Of a stretch of 62,573 bases of DNA, positions 28,296 through 39,220 are shown in pieces. Numbering within the stretch: position 1 is the first letter of the stretch; each line of letters opens with the position of its first letter. The notes under the pieces are model-generated. The model was given only the letters and a program-made list of their open reading frames with translations, was not told where the DNA came from and did not search any database. The position numbers were made by a program, and so were the translations under genes. This DNA is from a virus (taxonomy: Duplodnaviria; Caudoviricetes): the IMG/VR virus record IMGVR_UViG_3300048576_000485, positions 1-62,573 of that record; one strand, written 5' to 3'.

Positions 28296-31200
28296 TGAAG
28301 GCAAAATTATTCGGCAGGGACACCACAGTTTTTGGGAAGAGTATTGGACAATTTATAAATAATCCGGAATATAACCTTGAGGGAGAGCCAAAGCGTTGGC
28401 ACAAAAAGGAATTGGGAGAGAAGAAGGGTGAATTCGGTACAATTTGGGAAGAATACAAAGGGAAGCCGAAAGAGGCAATTCAGCATTTAATAAAGGTCAA
28501 AGAAGGTGAAGTACCAGGGGCATTACATCATAAAGATATTGGGGCAATTGATCTTGTTTGGGGCAAAGAGGGTACGGGGCATAGTGATGGATTCGGACTA
28601 TCAAAAATTGCAAAATATCATCCTGAAGTTCTTGAGAATTTACAAGAAATTTTAGATGAGATGGAAGTCAAGGTCAGGAAGGACAGTAGAGTAAAATTAG
28701 AATCCCATTCACATGAAGCTTCCGTAAGCTTAAATTGGTTAGGGAAAGAAAAAACGTGGTTATTGACTGAATATAAAAAAGCCGGAAGGACGATGAACGT
28801 TTCCGGCGACTTCTTAAAAGAAGTTGGTGAGACGACTCCCTCACCCAATATCGGAAACAAAAATAAAGAAACCTTGTCGAAAAGTCAAGTTAAATCATAT
28901 AAATTATTTGGCAAATTAATTAATCTCGATGATAAGTTGAAAGAGGGGAAAGAATTTCCTTTGCAGGGAGAGCTTAACTTTCAGGGCTTGAAAATAGTAA
29001 TTGAGAACCGGAAAGGCAGTGTAAGGAAAGGCGTTGACAATGACGGCGAGGAATGGCGGACGCTAATGTTTTACCCTTACGGCTATATTAAGGGGAATAA
29101 CGAGGGGGTAGATGGAGATAAAGTCGATGTTTATATCGGCCCGAACAAAGAAAGCCGGAAAGTATTTGTTATTCACCAAAAGGATCCTGAAACTGGCAAG
29201 TATGATGAAGATAAATGTATGTTAGGCTTTAATGATGAACGACAGGCCAGAGATGCTTATTTGGCTCATTATGATGATTACCGTTTTTTAGGTGATATTG
29301 TTGAAATGGACATTGACGAGTTTAAGCAGAAATTGAAAATATACAAGGGGAAAATGATTAAATCCCTTAAGTCGGAAGGCGGCAGGTTTATTACAGAAAA
29401 TGAATTGTTAGCTCATAGATTCCCCATTAATTCAAAGGTTAGTTTTCATGGAGAAATATGGGTAGTAAAAGGTCATGGCAAATGGGGATGTTATCTTCAG
29501 TCAGAAGACGGGATTAGAACAATAAAAGGGCAGATTAATTATAAAGATTTAGAATTAATTGAACCGCTCAAAAAAGGTAAAGTTAAGGAGTATCTTTTTG
29601 AGAAGGATTCTAAACCTGTAATTGCTATTGATTTTGATGGAGTACTTCACAAATACAGCAAAGGGTATGGAGATGGTTCTTTATATGATAAATCGATGGA
29701 GGGAGTTTCGGAGGCTCTTAAGCAATTAAGTAAACAGTATGATATTGTTATTTTCACAACAAGAGAGAATACAGGGATGCCCCCTGAAATGGGAATCGAA
29801 AAGGACGAAAACACAGTATGGGGATGGTTAATAAAGAATAAACTTGATAATTATATTTATGATATAACCAACAAGAAACCGGTTGAAGCAAAGCTATTTA
29901 TTGATGATAGAGCTTTAGAGTTTAAAAATTGGAATGATGCTCTTGATAAAGTAGAAGATAAAATAAAAAAATCTATAAATTCCTCAACATTAGAAGAAGC
30001 TACAGAATACGAAGCCGAACACGAGGATTTATACCAGGAACTTAGCCGGAGATTAAAAGAAGACGGCTCAAAAATGCCAATGTCGGAAGATGAATTTTTT
30101 GAATGGATTGCTACAGAGCATTTAGGAGAGAACCCTAATTATTACAGTCTGTTAAAAAAATATGTTGAAGTAAAGAAATCGAAGGGTAACAGCTTCTTAG
30201 GACGTATCCTAAATTTATTCAAGGGTACAAAGATTAAAGATTTAATGCAGCTTGATTTATTCGGGCAGGCACACGCAGAGGGAGATTCCTTTTCAAAGGA
30301 CGGTAAACAGTACCAGGTAAAGCGAGGGGCTAACGGGGCAGTAAGAGTTCATAGAGTTGACAGTCAGCTTGATTTATTTGGGAAGAATTCGGGCAAGGTA
30401 GAGGATAAGCCCAAACCGAAGCTTACGCTTAAAACCAAAACAGCCAAAAAAAATAATGATGAACAACTTAATATGTTTCCCGGGGCAAAACAAGAAGCAA
30501 AACCCAAGCAAAATAACCCCGAACAATTGGATATTTTCAATGATAAATCGGAAGGGGTAAAGCCGAGTTCAACCCCTTCAGCAGAAGCTATTCCTTCCAT
30601 CAAGATAATTGACAAACAATCGGATAAGAAAATAAAAGCTAACCTTGCAAGTGATAAAAAGTTTGAAATATTAGCTACAAGCAAAAAAGGAGCTAAATTA
30701 ATAACAGATGGGGAAAAAGTTACGTGGATAATGCCAAAACAAATGCGTTCTGATGGAACTTTTACGGAGGGAGCGCTAAAAGCACTTGATGAAAGTACAA
30801 AAACATACCAAGATTACGTTGAAGAGCAAAAAGAAAGAGCAAACCCAAATCAAGAAATTAAACCGATCAAGGAGACAGATAATGCAATAGCGATAATAGC
30901 TTATTCTAATTATTATAATCATGTAATAGAGGATAATACAGCTCAAGTAACGTTATTGTGGGTTCCAAAAAAAATAATTAATGAACGTGGGGAAGCTCCC
31001 AAATGGTTTTTAAAGAAAAAATTGGATGAATTACAAAATCAGGATGGGCATGGATTTCATATTTTCGAGATTTCCGATATTAATATAGGGGACATCATAG
31101 AGAATGATGGTAGGAAATCGGAAATAATGGGGATTACAACCCAAACCGTGAACTTGAAAGTAATTAATAGCGAGGGGAAAGACTTGGAATATCACTTAAG

Positions 31201-34200
31201 TGCAAAGGATTTTTTTGGGCAATTAGGACGCGGGATAATAAAAAAAATCAAAGAGGGGCAACTAAATTTATACCCTCCAATGGAGGATAAACAATCGGAC
31301 AATAAGAGCGACAAAAAAGAAGAGAAACCCGATGCAAATGGCAAAGAGTTTGAGGACATAAAACCGGGGTCAAAAACAAAGTACGGTGTATTTGTTGATG
31401 AAACAAACCTAATAGGAATAAGAGCCAAAGCAGTACAAGTAATGACAAGAGCAGAGCTTGACGAGGCTACAGAGAATGGTATGAATTGGGATGATGCAAA
31501 TTCTATTGCAGGTTTTATTGAAACAAAACAAAAAGGAACACAGGTAATTGAAAAGGGTCCTAAATCAGAAAATAAAGAAGATGATTCAATAGTTGATGTT
31601 ACCGGGAAATCAGAGGATATACCGAAAGAGGAAGCCAGCGACAATAAAGAGGGAAAAGTTTTGTCATTCCATGATTTTGTAAATGAATTGATTGAAAATG
31701 ATAAATTGGAAAGACCTTCTTTGGCTGATAAAATGAAAACCGTTTACGAGACAGGAAACTCTATAGATGGTTATTCATATAATGGTTTAGTCCAAAATTA
31801 TATTGATAATTATCTTGATTACCAAGACATATCGAAAGAAGATTACTCAAAGTATGCTGATGAAGCAAGAAACAGCCAACCAAAAAGCAAAGCAGCCGAA
31901 AATCCTTTAATGGAACTTCAGGAAATGAAGCATACTAAAACGGGGGCACAGTTATTTGTTGTAAGCCTTAAGAAGTTAGTGGGCCGGGGTGAATATATGA
32001 CTTACAACAACAAAGCCAAGAGTATGGGCGGATGGTATTCGAGCTTTAAGGGAGACGGGGCAATTCCTGGGTTTATGTTTAAGGATAAGAAAACCGCAGA
32101 GGCATTTATTGAAAACTTTACTCCAAAAGGTTCAACAGAACCCGAACACCACACAGGCGACACGAAAACCGAAAACGGGCATACCTACCAGCTCAACGAA
32201 AATCACCGTTGGGAGCGGGTAGATGAAGAAAATAATTTGACAAATCCAACTGAAATTAATAATTTAGAACCAACTACTCTAAGAGGCAATGATGGACAAG
32301 CAGATCAAAGAGGCAATAAACAACCCGATAGCGGAACTGATAGAACGAGTATTGAGGGAGGAAAGCCTGATGCGGCAAACGCAGAACAACCAACAGCATC
32401 AGCAAGCGAGGACGATTCTAAGCAACCAAATGAAGGAGGATTATCAAATCCTGTCAGTAGCTCTGATGAGAATAGCGGGGACAATGGGGTACAAGCCGAG
32501 TCCACAGGAATGGGACGACAGCAAGCCGTTAGAAGTGATGGCAGAACAGATACCGGGACTTCAAAAAACAAATTGGTATCAGATTCAGCAAAGCCTAATA
32601 ATGGGAATTATGAGTTAAGAGATAAACCCCCGGTAGAATTGACTAAGGGGCAAAGGCGGGCAATTAATGATAAGGTTAAAGAGATAATTGCCAGCGGGAA
32701 AAAATCCAATGAGCTTACAGACGAAGAAAAAGACACCTTAAGACAATACACCGGTGAGGGCGGATTAAGCAGCGGCACTTCAGAAGCTTTAACACAGCAC
32801 TACACGGGTTACCAGCTCATTAACCGGATGTTTGAAGCCTTAAACGAAGCAGGGGTAAAATACAAGAACGTATTAGAACCAGCAGTCGGTTCAGGTAACT
32901 TTATCGGCCATGCACCGGGCGCAAAATGGACAGCGGTTGACATTGATAAAACCAACACCGAAGTTGCCAAACTCTTATACCCCGAAGCAAAAATATATAA
33001 TACCCCATATCAAGAATTCAAGGGGAAGGGATTTGATTTAATAATTTCAAACGTTCCTTTCCTTGAAAAAATGCCAGGAGAGAAACACGCCTTACATGAT
33101 TTCTACTTTATTCACTCATTAGACCTTGCAAAAGATAACGGAGTAGTAGCGTTTGTTACCAGCAAGGGAACGATGGATAAATTAGACTCCGCAGCCCGAA
33201 AAGAAATGATTGAAAGGGGGGATGTTTTAGGATGTTTCAGGTTGCCCAGCAGTACCTTTGAAAAGAATGCTCATACTTCGGTAATTACTGATGTTATCTT
33301 TTTGCAGAAAAGACCAGGTAAAATACCCGCAGAGTTAAGCAAACATAAAGCAGAAAATGAGTTGTTTTTAGAGTCCAGCAAAACTAATGACGGAATTCCT
33401 TTAAGTAAATATTATCAGGCCCACCCTGAAAATATTTTAGGAGATATGCAGGTAGGCAGAAATAAGTTGTATGGCGGGGTAGATTACCATATAACAGGAG
33501 AAGCAGATTTAAGCAAAATTTCTCTTCCACAGATTGACAACTATCCTACACAAAACAATGATGATGACATAAAAATCCGTTCTTCAGTTGATTTTGAAAA
33601 ATATGCAGTAGAAAATAATATCCGTTATCGTTCTTCTAATAATTCTGATTATTTTCAGAATGTTGAATATGATGCAAATAATAATGAATTATGGGTTAGG
33701 GATGGAGATTATAATTTTGATGATACAGCTATGAAAATAAAAACCTATAAGCAGGTTGAAGATGATGAACTGAAGGGGAAAATAAGGATATTGGATCAGT
33801 TAAAACAACTTGCCGACCTTAAGCAGGAGGGTATTCCAATTTCAACTGATGATGTTACTGATTTAATTCAATTATACCAGCAGAATTATAAGCACCCGGC
33901 AAATGATAAAGAGTTCAAAAAATTCTTTAAGTCAAACGATGAAATGAAATATTTTCAGGATTTGGGTAGTTATTTTGATGAAGATTTTAACCCTAAAGAA
34001 GTTTTTTCAGCACAAACTAGGTATTCCGGCAGCGGTACAATTGAGATAAAAGCAGATTCTTCATTAGCAGACAGAGCTTTTGCCAGTGAAGATTTACATG
34101 GAGTTATTGACCTTGATAGTTCAACATACTTAAAGCCGTCTGATTTTAAGGAATTAGTAAAATTAGGTTACAATATTGTTGGCCCTAATAAGCTGCAAAA

Positions 34201-37200
34201 TAACGCACTTTATTATTCCGGTAACATTTATGCGAAGATAGATAATGCAAAAAGTCTAATCGAAGATAAAATTGGCGACAAAGAAGTTCTTGAAAAGCAG
34301 CTCAAAAATTTAACTCGTGTTATCCCGGAAGAGAGAGAAATAGGCGATATTTCTTTCAAGGGTAACGAAAAGTGGATGGAGCAGTTCAGGAGTGAACTGG
34401 GTATTTATGTAAAAGAAAGAGATGGCAAACATATTTTTGAATTTAGCATGAGGGGTGTTTCACGGGACGAAAGGGAAATTTATAATAAATACCTAAATTC
34501 GCAACCATTAGCCGAATTATTCAATACAGTTAGAGATCCAATAACCGGGAATGATAAAAAAGTCCCGAAACCGGAAGCCGAACAGAAACAGCTTATTACG
34601 GAGGCCAACGAAAAACTTGAAAAAGCAAAACAAGCTATCCGTGACAAGGTAATGGCAGACCCTATTTTGTCCGGACAAATACAGTCCGCTTTTAACAGGC
34701 AGTATAATAATTATGTAAAACCAGATTATAATACGATAATAGAGACTACATTAAAGCCATTCCTTCAGGAGTTGCCGGAAGGATTTCAGTTTAGGAAAAA
34801 TCAAATTGAATGGGTTGCCAAAGCTCTTTACGAAGGCAAAGGAATAAACGCACACGATGTTGGTGGGGGGAAAACACTCGCTGCAATATTTCTTGCAAGA
34901 GTATTAAAAGCAAAGGGGATTTCAAAGAAACCTTTGTTTATGGTTCCGGCAAAGACTATACGAAAATGGGAACGTGAAATTAAGATGATTTACCCGGATG
35001 CAAATATTGTCAATTTGGGGAACCTTACAAAAGATAAAAGAAATGAAGCATTGTTTAATGTTTCCAATCAGAACGCAGATTATGTTCTGATAACACATGA
35101 AGGTTTTGAAAAGATAAAGTTGCCAAAAGATAAAGAAATGGAGTATTTTCGTCAAATAGTTGATGAGTCTATGTTTGACGAGGAAAAGAAGGGACGGGCA
35201 GCAGCTTTACAGGATAAACGTATTTCAGAATTTGAAAAAGTATTAAAAGAACAACCGGTTGATCCGAGACTTACTTTTGATAAATTGGGCTTTGATGCTT
35301 TAATTTGTGATGAAGCGCATAATTTCAAGAACATAGGGGTAAGCAGTAAATTAACAAAATGGGGAGCCGGTAAAGCTTTTGCGATGAAAGCTGGTAATGA
35401 TGGTGATGTTAAGCTTGACAGCGCAAGGAGTTATGATTTGCGTTTCAAGGCGACATATATTAATGAAATGAATAACGGTAAAAATGTGTTCCTGTTAACA
35501 GCCACACCGACACCAAATAAACCAATGGAATTATTCACAATGTTAAGACACCTTGACCCGGATTTACTTTCAAGGGAGTATAATATTCGCACGGATAGGG
35601 ATTTCGCTTCAATGTTCTTCACTTATGCCCAGGTGCAGAACCCGGAAAGACCAAAAGGGCATGACAATATTATTACAAGTATTACACACGGAATTGCATT
35701 AAGGAAAATACTTGATAGGTTTGTCGATAAACTTCCAATGCAAAAAATGAATTGGATTAAGGTTCCCGAGTCAGAAGTTGTAAAGCACTATATGCAACCG
35801 TCAGATTCAATAACAAGCATAATGAAGGATATTCAGGAAAGAACAGGAAACCTAAAGAGCAAAGTACAAAAAGGGGATGATACATTAGTTGCTATTTATG
35901 CTACAGGCAGAAATGCTGCCATTGACCCGAGATTGTATAATTCAGAACACGCAAGAGTTAAAATTCATTCAAGAACCGGGGATGTAAAGACAGATAAAAT
36001 AGAACGCTGCATTAAAACGGTTGCGGAAGTACATAAAGAGGATAAAGAAGCTAACCAGCTTATTTTCCTTGATAATTCAGGTATCCAAACCGGGGTTGAT
36101 ATTCATGGAGAAATTAAAAGAGAGCTTGCAAGGAAAGGATTCAAAGAAAACGAAATAGCAATTATTTCAGGCGATAAGATCACCAATCCGGCAACAGGCA
36201 AGGACATTAAAGCTACAGGAGATAAACTTAACACCTTAAAACAGCAGGTTGCAGATGATTTTAATGCAGGTAAAATTAAAGTAATTATCGGCACTACTAA
36301 AAGTATGGGTGAAGGAATGGATTTACAGGTAAAAACAACCGACATTCATCACCTTGACATACCTTATACACCGGCAGAAATAATTCAGAGACGGGGCAGA
36401 GGCGTAAGGCCCGGAAACGTAAACGAGAAAGTAAGGGAACACGTTTACATTCAGGGCGGAACTTTTGACAATCTGTCCTACAGCATTGTAAGCAATAAGA
36501 CAGGTTGGAATGAGGCTATGTGGGATAAAGCCGCAGCCGATGTAATAGATACCAGCGCAGATATGGCCGGGGCGATGCCTTCAGAGGATGAAATAAGAAT
36601 TGAACTTGAGCGAGATCCGGTTAAAAAGCAAAAATTAATTGTTGATTTACGCCGCAAAAAACTTGCCAGCGGATTACTTGACACAAGGCAATTACACCGC
36701 CGGGCAGAAAGTGAGTTGAAAATAAAGCAAGACGCTCTAAAAGCAATGCCCGATCAATTAAAAGAGGCCGAGGCGAATAAAGAAAAGATCAAATCATTTC
36801 AGGCCGACTTAAAAGAAATCATAAAAGACCGTGAGAAATATTATGACATAGCCCGGAAGTATAATTGGGGTTCTACAGCACCGGTTAAAGTCGATTGGAG
36901 CGATAGCGCTATGGAGTATAATCTTGATAAAGTTAAAGATGCAATGAAAGATGTTAACTGGAGAATTGATTACTTCAAACACTCAATTGAAAGACTTCCT
37001 GAATCAATTGCAAAACTTCAGACAAAATATGATAAAACAAAGGCTACAGCCGATCAGGTAGAACAAGAGGTACTTGATTTTGTTAAGCGCTATAAAATGG
37101 GCAAAGACACCCGAGACATTTACAATGATATTACCTTGCCAAAAGAAGAAAAAGACGAAGCTATTCGCCGTTTCAATGAAGAGCAGGATATGTATAAAAG

Positions 37201-37306
37201 CATTGTAATTGCAAAAATATTCGGGAAACCTTCTGTAATCTTCAAAGAACGGCCACAACTACCTGGTAGCAGAAGAATAATAAAAGTATTTGGAAAGTCC
37301 CTATAA
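28295..37306 (+). CDS. giant DarB-like polyvalent protein (BECR-type nuclease-like, InPase-like, HAD, DUF5661-like, N6-adenine MTase, SF2/SNF2 helicase)
   Basis: IGAIDLVWG..GFGLSKI..YHPE; IENRKGSVR..YGYI..DGDKVDV..DEDK; IDFDGV..FTTR..KP..IDDR; EHL.E.P.YY; EPAVGSG and SNVPF; AHDVGGGKT, DEAH, TATP, QRRGRGVR. Confidence 0.85.
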   Translation: MKAKLFGRDTTVFGKSIGQFINNPEYNLEGEPKRWHKKELGEKKGEFGTIWEEYKGKPKEAIQHLIKVKEGEVPGALHHKDIGAIDLVWGKEGTGHSDGFGLSKIAKYHPEVLENLQEILDEMEVKVRKDSRVKLESHSHEASVSLNWLGKEKTWLLTEYKKAGRTMNVSGDFLKEVGETTPSPNIGNKNKETLSKSQVKSYKLFGKLINLDDKLKEGKEFPLQGELNFQGLKIVIENRKGSVRKGVDNDGEEWRTLMFYPYGYIKGNNEGVDGDKVDVYIGPNKESRKVFVIHQKDPETGKYDEDKCMLGFNDERQARDAYLAHYDDYRFLGDIVEMDIDEFKQKLKIYKGKMIKSLKSEGGRFITENELLAHRFPINSKVSFHGEIWVVKGHGKWGCYLQSEDGIRTIKGQINYKDLELIEPLKKGKVKEYLFEKDSKPVIAIDFDGVLHKYSKGYGDGSLYDKSMEGVSEALKQLSKQYDIVIFTTRENTGMPPEMGIEKDENTVWGWLIKNKLDNYIYDITNKKPVEAKLFIDDRALEFKNWNDALDKVEDKIKKSINSSTLEEATEYEAEHEDLYQELSRRLKEDGSKMPMSEDEFFEWIATEHLGENPNYYSLLKKYVEVKKSKGNSFLGRILNLFKGTKIKDLMQLDLFGQAHAEGDSFSKDGKQYQVKRGANGAVRVHRVDSQLDLFGKNSGKVEDKPKPKLTLKTKTAKKNNDEQLNMFPGAKQEAKPKQNNPEQLDIFNDKSEGVKPSSTPSAEAIPSIKIIDKQSDKKIKANLASDKKFEILATSKKGAKLITDGEKVTWIMPKQMRSDGTFTEGALKALDESTKTYQDYVEEQKERANPNQEIKPIKETDNAIAIIAYSNYYNHVIEDNTAQVTLLWVPKKIINERGEAPKWFLKKKLDELQNQDGHGFHIFEISDINIGDIIENDGRKSEIMGITTQTVNLKVINSEGKDLEYHLSAKDFFGQLGRGIIKKIKEGQLNLYPPMEDKQSDNKSDKKEEKPDANGKEFEDIKPGSKTKYGVFVDETNLIGIRAKAVQVMTRAELDEATENGMNWDDANSIAGFIETKQKGTQVIEKGPKSENKEDDSIVDVTGKSEDIPKEEASDNKEGKVLSFHDFVNELIENDKLERPSLADKMKTVYETGNSIDGYSYNGLVQNYIDNYLDYQDISKEDYSKYADEARNSQPKSKAAENPLMELQEMKHTKTGAQLFVVSLKKLVGRGEYMTYNNKAKSMGGWYSSFKGDGAIPGFMFKDKKTAEAFIENFTPKGSTEPEHHTGDTKTENGHTYQLNENHRWERVDEENNLTNPTEINNLEPTTLRGNDGQADQRGNKQPDSGTDRTSIEGGKPDAANAEQPTASASEDDSKQPNEGGLSNPVSSSDENSGDNGVQAESTGMGRQQAVRSDGRTDTGTSKNKLVSDSAKPNNGNYELRDKPPVELTKGQRRAINDKVKEIIASGKKSNELTDEEKDTLRQYTGEGGLSSGTSEALTQHYTGYQLINRMFEALNEAGVKYKNVLEPAVGSGNFIGHAPGAKWTAVDIDKTNTEVAKLLYPEAKIYNTPYQEFKGKGFDLIISNVPFLEKMPGEKHALHDFYFIHSLDLAKDNGVVAFVTSKGTMDKLDSAARKEMIERGDVLGCFRLPSSTFEKNAHTSVITDVIFLQKRPGKIPAELSKHKAENELFLESSKTNDGIPLSKYYQAHPENILGDMQVGRNKLYGGVDYHITGEADLSKISLPQIDNYPTQNNDDDIKIRSSVDFEKYAVENNIRYRSSNNSDYFQNVEYDANNNELWVRDGDYNFDDTAMKIKTYKQVEDDELKGKIRILDQLKQLADLKQEGIPISTDDVTDLIQLYQQNYKHPANDKEFKKFFKSNDEMKYFQDLGSYFDEDFNPKEVFSAQTRYSGSGTIEIKADSSLADRAFASEDLHGVIDLDSSTYLKPSDFKELVKLGYNIVGPNKLQNNALYYSGNIYAKIDNAKSLIEDKIGDKEVLEKQLKNLTRVIPEEREIGDISFKGNEKWMEQFRSELGIYVKERDGKHIFEFSMRGVSRDEREIYNKYLNSQPLAELFNTVRDPITGNDKKVPKPEAEQKQLITEANEKLEKAKQAIRDKVMADPILSGQIQSAFNRQYNNYVKPDYNTIIETTLKPFLQELPEGFQFRKNQIEWVAKALYEGKGINAHDVGGGKTLAAIFLARVLKAKGISKKPLFMVPAKTIRKWEREIKMIYPDANIVNLGNLTKDKRNEALFNVSNQNADYVLITHEGFEKIKLPKDKEMEYFRQIVDESMFDEEKKGRAAALQDKRISEFEKVLKEQPVDPRLTFDKLGFDALICDEAHNFKNIGVSSKLTKWGAGKAFAMKAGNDGDVKLDSARSYDLRFKATYINEMNNGKNVFLLTATPTPNKPMELFTMLRHLDPDLLSREYNIRTDRDFASMFFTYAQVQNPERPKGHDNIITSITHGIALRKILDRFVDKLPMQKMNWIKVPESEVVKHYMQPSDSITSIMKDIQERTGNLKSKVQKGDDTLVAIYATGRNAAIDPRLYNSEHARVKIHSRTGDVKTDKIERCIKTVAEVHKEDKEANQLIFLDNSGIQTGVDIHGEIKRELARKGFKENEIAIISGDKITNPATGKDIKATGDKLNTLKQQVADDFNAGKIKVIIGTTKSMGEGMDLQVKTTDIHHLDIPYTPAEIIQRRGRGVRPGNVNEKVREHVYIQGGTFDNLSYSIVSNKTGWNEAMWDKAAADVIDTSADMAGAMPSEDEIRIELERDPVKKQKLIVDLRRKKLASGLLDTRQLHRRAESELKIKQDALKAMPDQLKEAEANKEKIKSFQADLKEIIKDREKYYDIARKYNWGSTAPVKVDWSDSAMEYNLDKVKDAMKDVNWRIDYFKHSIERLPESIAKLQTKYDKTKATADQVEQEVLDFVKRYKMGKDTRDIYNDITLPKEEKDEAIRRFNEEQDMYKSIVIAKIFGKPSVIFKERPQLPGSRRIIKVFGKSL

Positions 37307-37323
37307 AGGGGCTTTTCTTTTTT
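37293..37323 (+). terminator. intrinsic terminator overlapping the stop codon
   Basis: GAAAGTCCCT-ATAA-AGGGGCTTTT followed by T tract. Confidence 0.7.
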
Positions 37324-37367
37324 CTGAAAAAAAATAGACAATCTTTATTCTCCCTGCCTATTATATT
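37324..37367 (+). promoter_or_regulatory. putative late promoter 3
   Basis: same 18-bp box; TATATT 21 bp after TAGACA. Confidence 0.75.
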
Positions 37368-37394
37368 AATTCTTAAAAAATAAGGTTATGTCCG

Positions 37395-38069
37395 ATGTTT
37401 GTGACAGATGATAATTTCGGAATGTCAGTAGAGCATTACCGCCAAACATTTAAGTATTACGCCGGAAGATTATGTACCTGTATTGGGGAGAACAATGGCC
37501 AGCCAGACCCTAAATGTGGATGTGATTTAGGTTATTGGTACGACGAGCCCGAAACCATTTATGGTATTAGGCAGGATATGAAAATGAGGTACACAAACAC
37601 CCCCTCAGGTGTAATTTACAATGGGGATTGCAAAATAAGCATACCACAGTATTATCAAGGGAAATTGCAGAATGCCTATATGCTTTTAACCAAAGGGGAT
37701 GTAATAGTATTAGAAAACAAATATCGTAGAGATGCCGATATATTAAGAAGAGGGATAAGGGATAGAATTCTTGCCTTTGATGTCCATGAAGTATTAAGCG
37801 TTTCCTATAAGAATTTTAAATATCTGAAAGATTTGGATTACACCGTTGAAGACAGGACAATTGTATGGCAGGGCCGGAATGAACCGGAAGATCATTATTC
37901 CGTTGAATTTATTTGCGCACAGCAATATAAGATATGGGATAACGGCGCAAAAGACAGGGGTACAGACGAAAATCAATTACCGAGATTAGTTATCGGGGTA
38001 TTGAGGAGATATGTAAACACGGAAGAAATAAACACTATTGATTCAATCAGTTTTGAGAATTTAAAATGA
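37395..38069 (+). CDS. neck/head-closure protein
   Basis: CTC..P.PKCGC.LGY motif as in SPO1-like neck proteins; DYTV...IVW. Confidence 0.65.
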   Translation: MFVTDDNFGMSVEHYRQTFKYYAGRLCTCIGENNGQPDPKCGCDLGYWYDEPETIYGIRQDMKMRYTNTPSGVIYNGDCKISIPQYYQGKLQNAYMLLTKGDVIVLENKYRRDADILRRGIRDRILAFDVHEVLSVSYKNFKYLKDLDYTVEDRTIVWQGRNEPEDHYSVEFICAQQYKIWDNGAKDRGTDENQLPRLVIGVLRRYVNTEEINTIDSISFENLK

Positions 38070-39196
38070 AGTTTTTTGGGAAAGTAATTGGAATGTTCAA
38101 ATCATTGAAGTTAAAAAATATGCTTCAGTATAATTTATTCAATGATTCCCATAAAGAGGGAGATTTATTTACCAAAGATGGTAAACAGTACGAAGTAAAA
38201 AGAGGCGAGTCAGGGAAAACCCGAGTACATAGGGCCGATGAACAGATTAATATGTTTGAGCCTAAAAAAGAAAAGCCGAAACTTACACTTCGTACTAAAA
38301 TCAATAAACCGGCAGAGCATTTCAATATGTTAAAGCCCAAAGGAAGTCGAGCCGGAAAACAAGCAGTTGAAGAACCAGAACATATTCATAGTAAAACTAC
38401 AGAAATGTATGATAAAAAGCAGGGACGCAAATATTCAAAGGAAGAAGCAGAAAAAATACTTAATGAGTATATGGAGGAAGTCGCAGAAATGCAGGAGAGG
38501 GGAGAAATAAATAGCAAAAAGAAAAGAAGTAAAATTTATCAGAAACGTGTAGAATTAGGTTTACATGAAGTCGCCCCAATACCTGTTTCTAATACGAAAG
38601 AGGAAAAGAATGAAAAATATTCAATAGAAATCACTTCCGAATACAATTTAGGAAATCCACACGTTTATGATAATTATTGGAATTTGGATGATGCCGTAAA
38701 AGATTTACATAAAGTCCATGAATATATAGAAGATAAAGAAAAGGAAAAACATACAGCTTATATAGTAAAATACAAAAGAAATGAAGATGAGGATGGGGAT
38801 GAAGATGGGTTTATCCGTGATAATGATTGGGATGACGATAAATATGTGAAAACATATGGGGGGATTAACGAAAAAACAAATGAGATATTAAGAGAGGTTG
38901 AGGATGAATTTGGAGGAAAATATTCGGAAATTAATTTGGGAAGTAATAAAGAAGGTGAAGCGGTCACCCTGGAATTAAGAATAGCAGACCATTCAGGCAA
39001 TGACGGAAATACCAATTATAATAGTGTCAATAAGGTATTATCAATTGTAATTGCAAATAAAGATTTTACGGAAAGGTTTAAGAAATCAGAATATAGCATT
39101 CCCGATGAATATTACTTTGATGAAAATTATAGTGCGACAAAAATTATTAATTTTATAAATAAAAAAATTAAAGAGCTAAAACATTCAGTTATATAG
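38066..39196 (+). CDS. putative capsid-cargo protein sharing a module with the giant protein
   Basis: N-terminal ~75 aa paralogous to the 30190-30440 segment; C-terminal LRIADH domain of unknown function. Confidence 0.7.
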   Translation: MKFFGKVIGMFKSLKLKNMLQYNLFNDSHKEGDLFTKDGKQYEVKRGESGKTRVHRADEQINMFEPKKEKPKLTLRTKINKPAEHFNMLKPKGSRAGKQAVEEPEHIHSKTTEMYDKKQGRKYSKEEAEKILNEYMEEVAEMQERGEINSKKKRSKIYQKRVELGLHEVAPIPVSNTKEEKNEKYSIEITSEYNLGNPHVYDNYWNLDDAVKDLHKVHEYIEDKEKEKHTAYIVKYKRNEDEDGDEDGFIRDNDWDDDKYVKTYGGINEKTNEILREVEDEFGGKYSEINLGSNKEGEAVTLELRIADHSGNDGNTNYNSVNKVLSIVIANKDFTERFKKSEYSIPDEYYFDENYSATKIINFINKKIKELKHSVI

Positions 39197-39220
39197 ATTA
39201 ACTTACGGATGAGAAAATAA

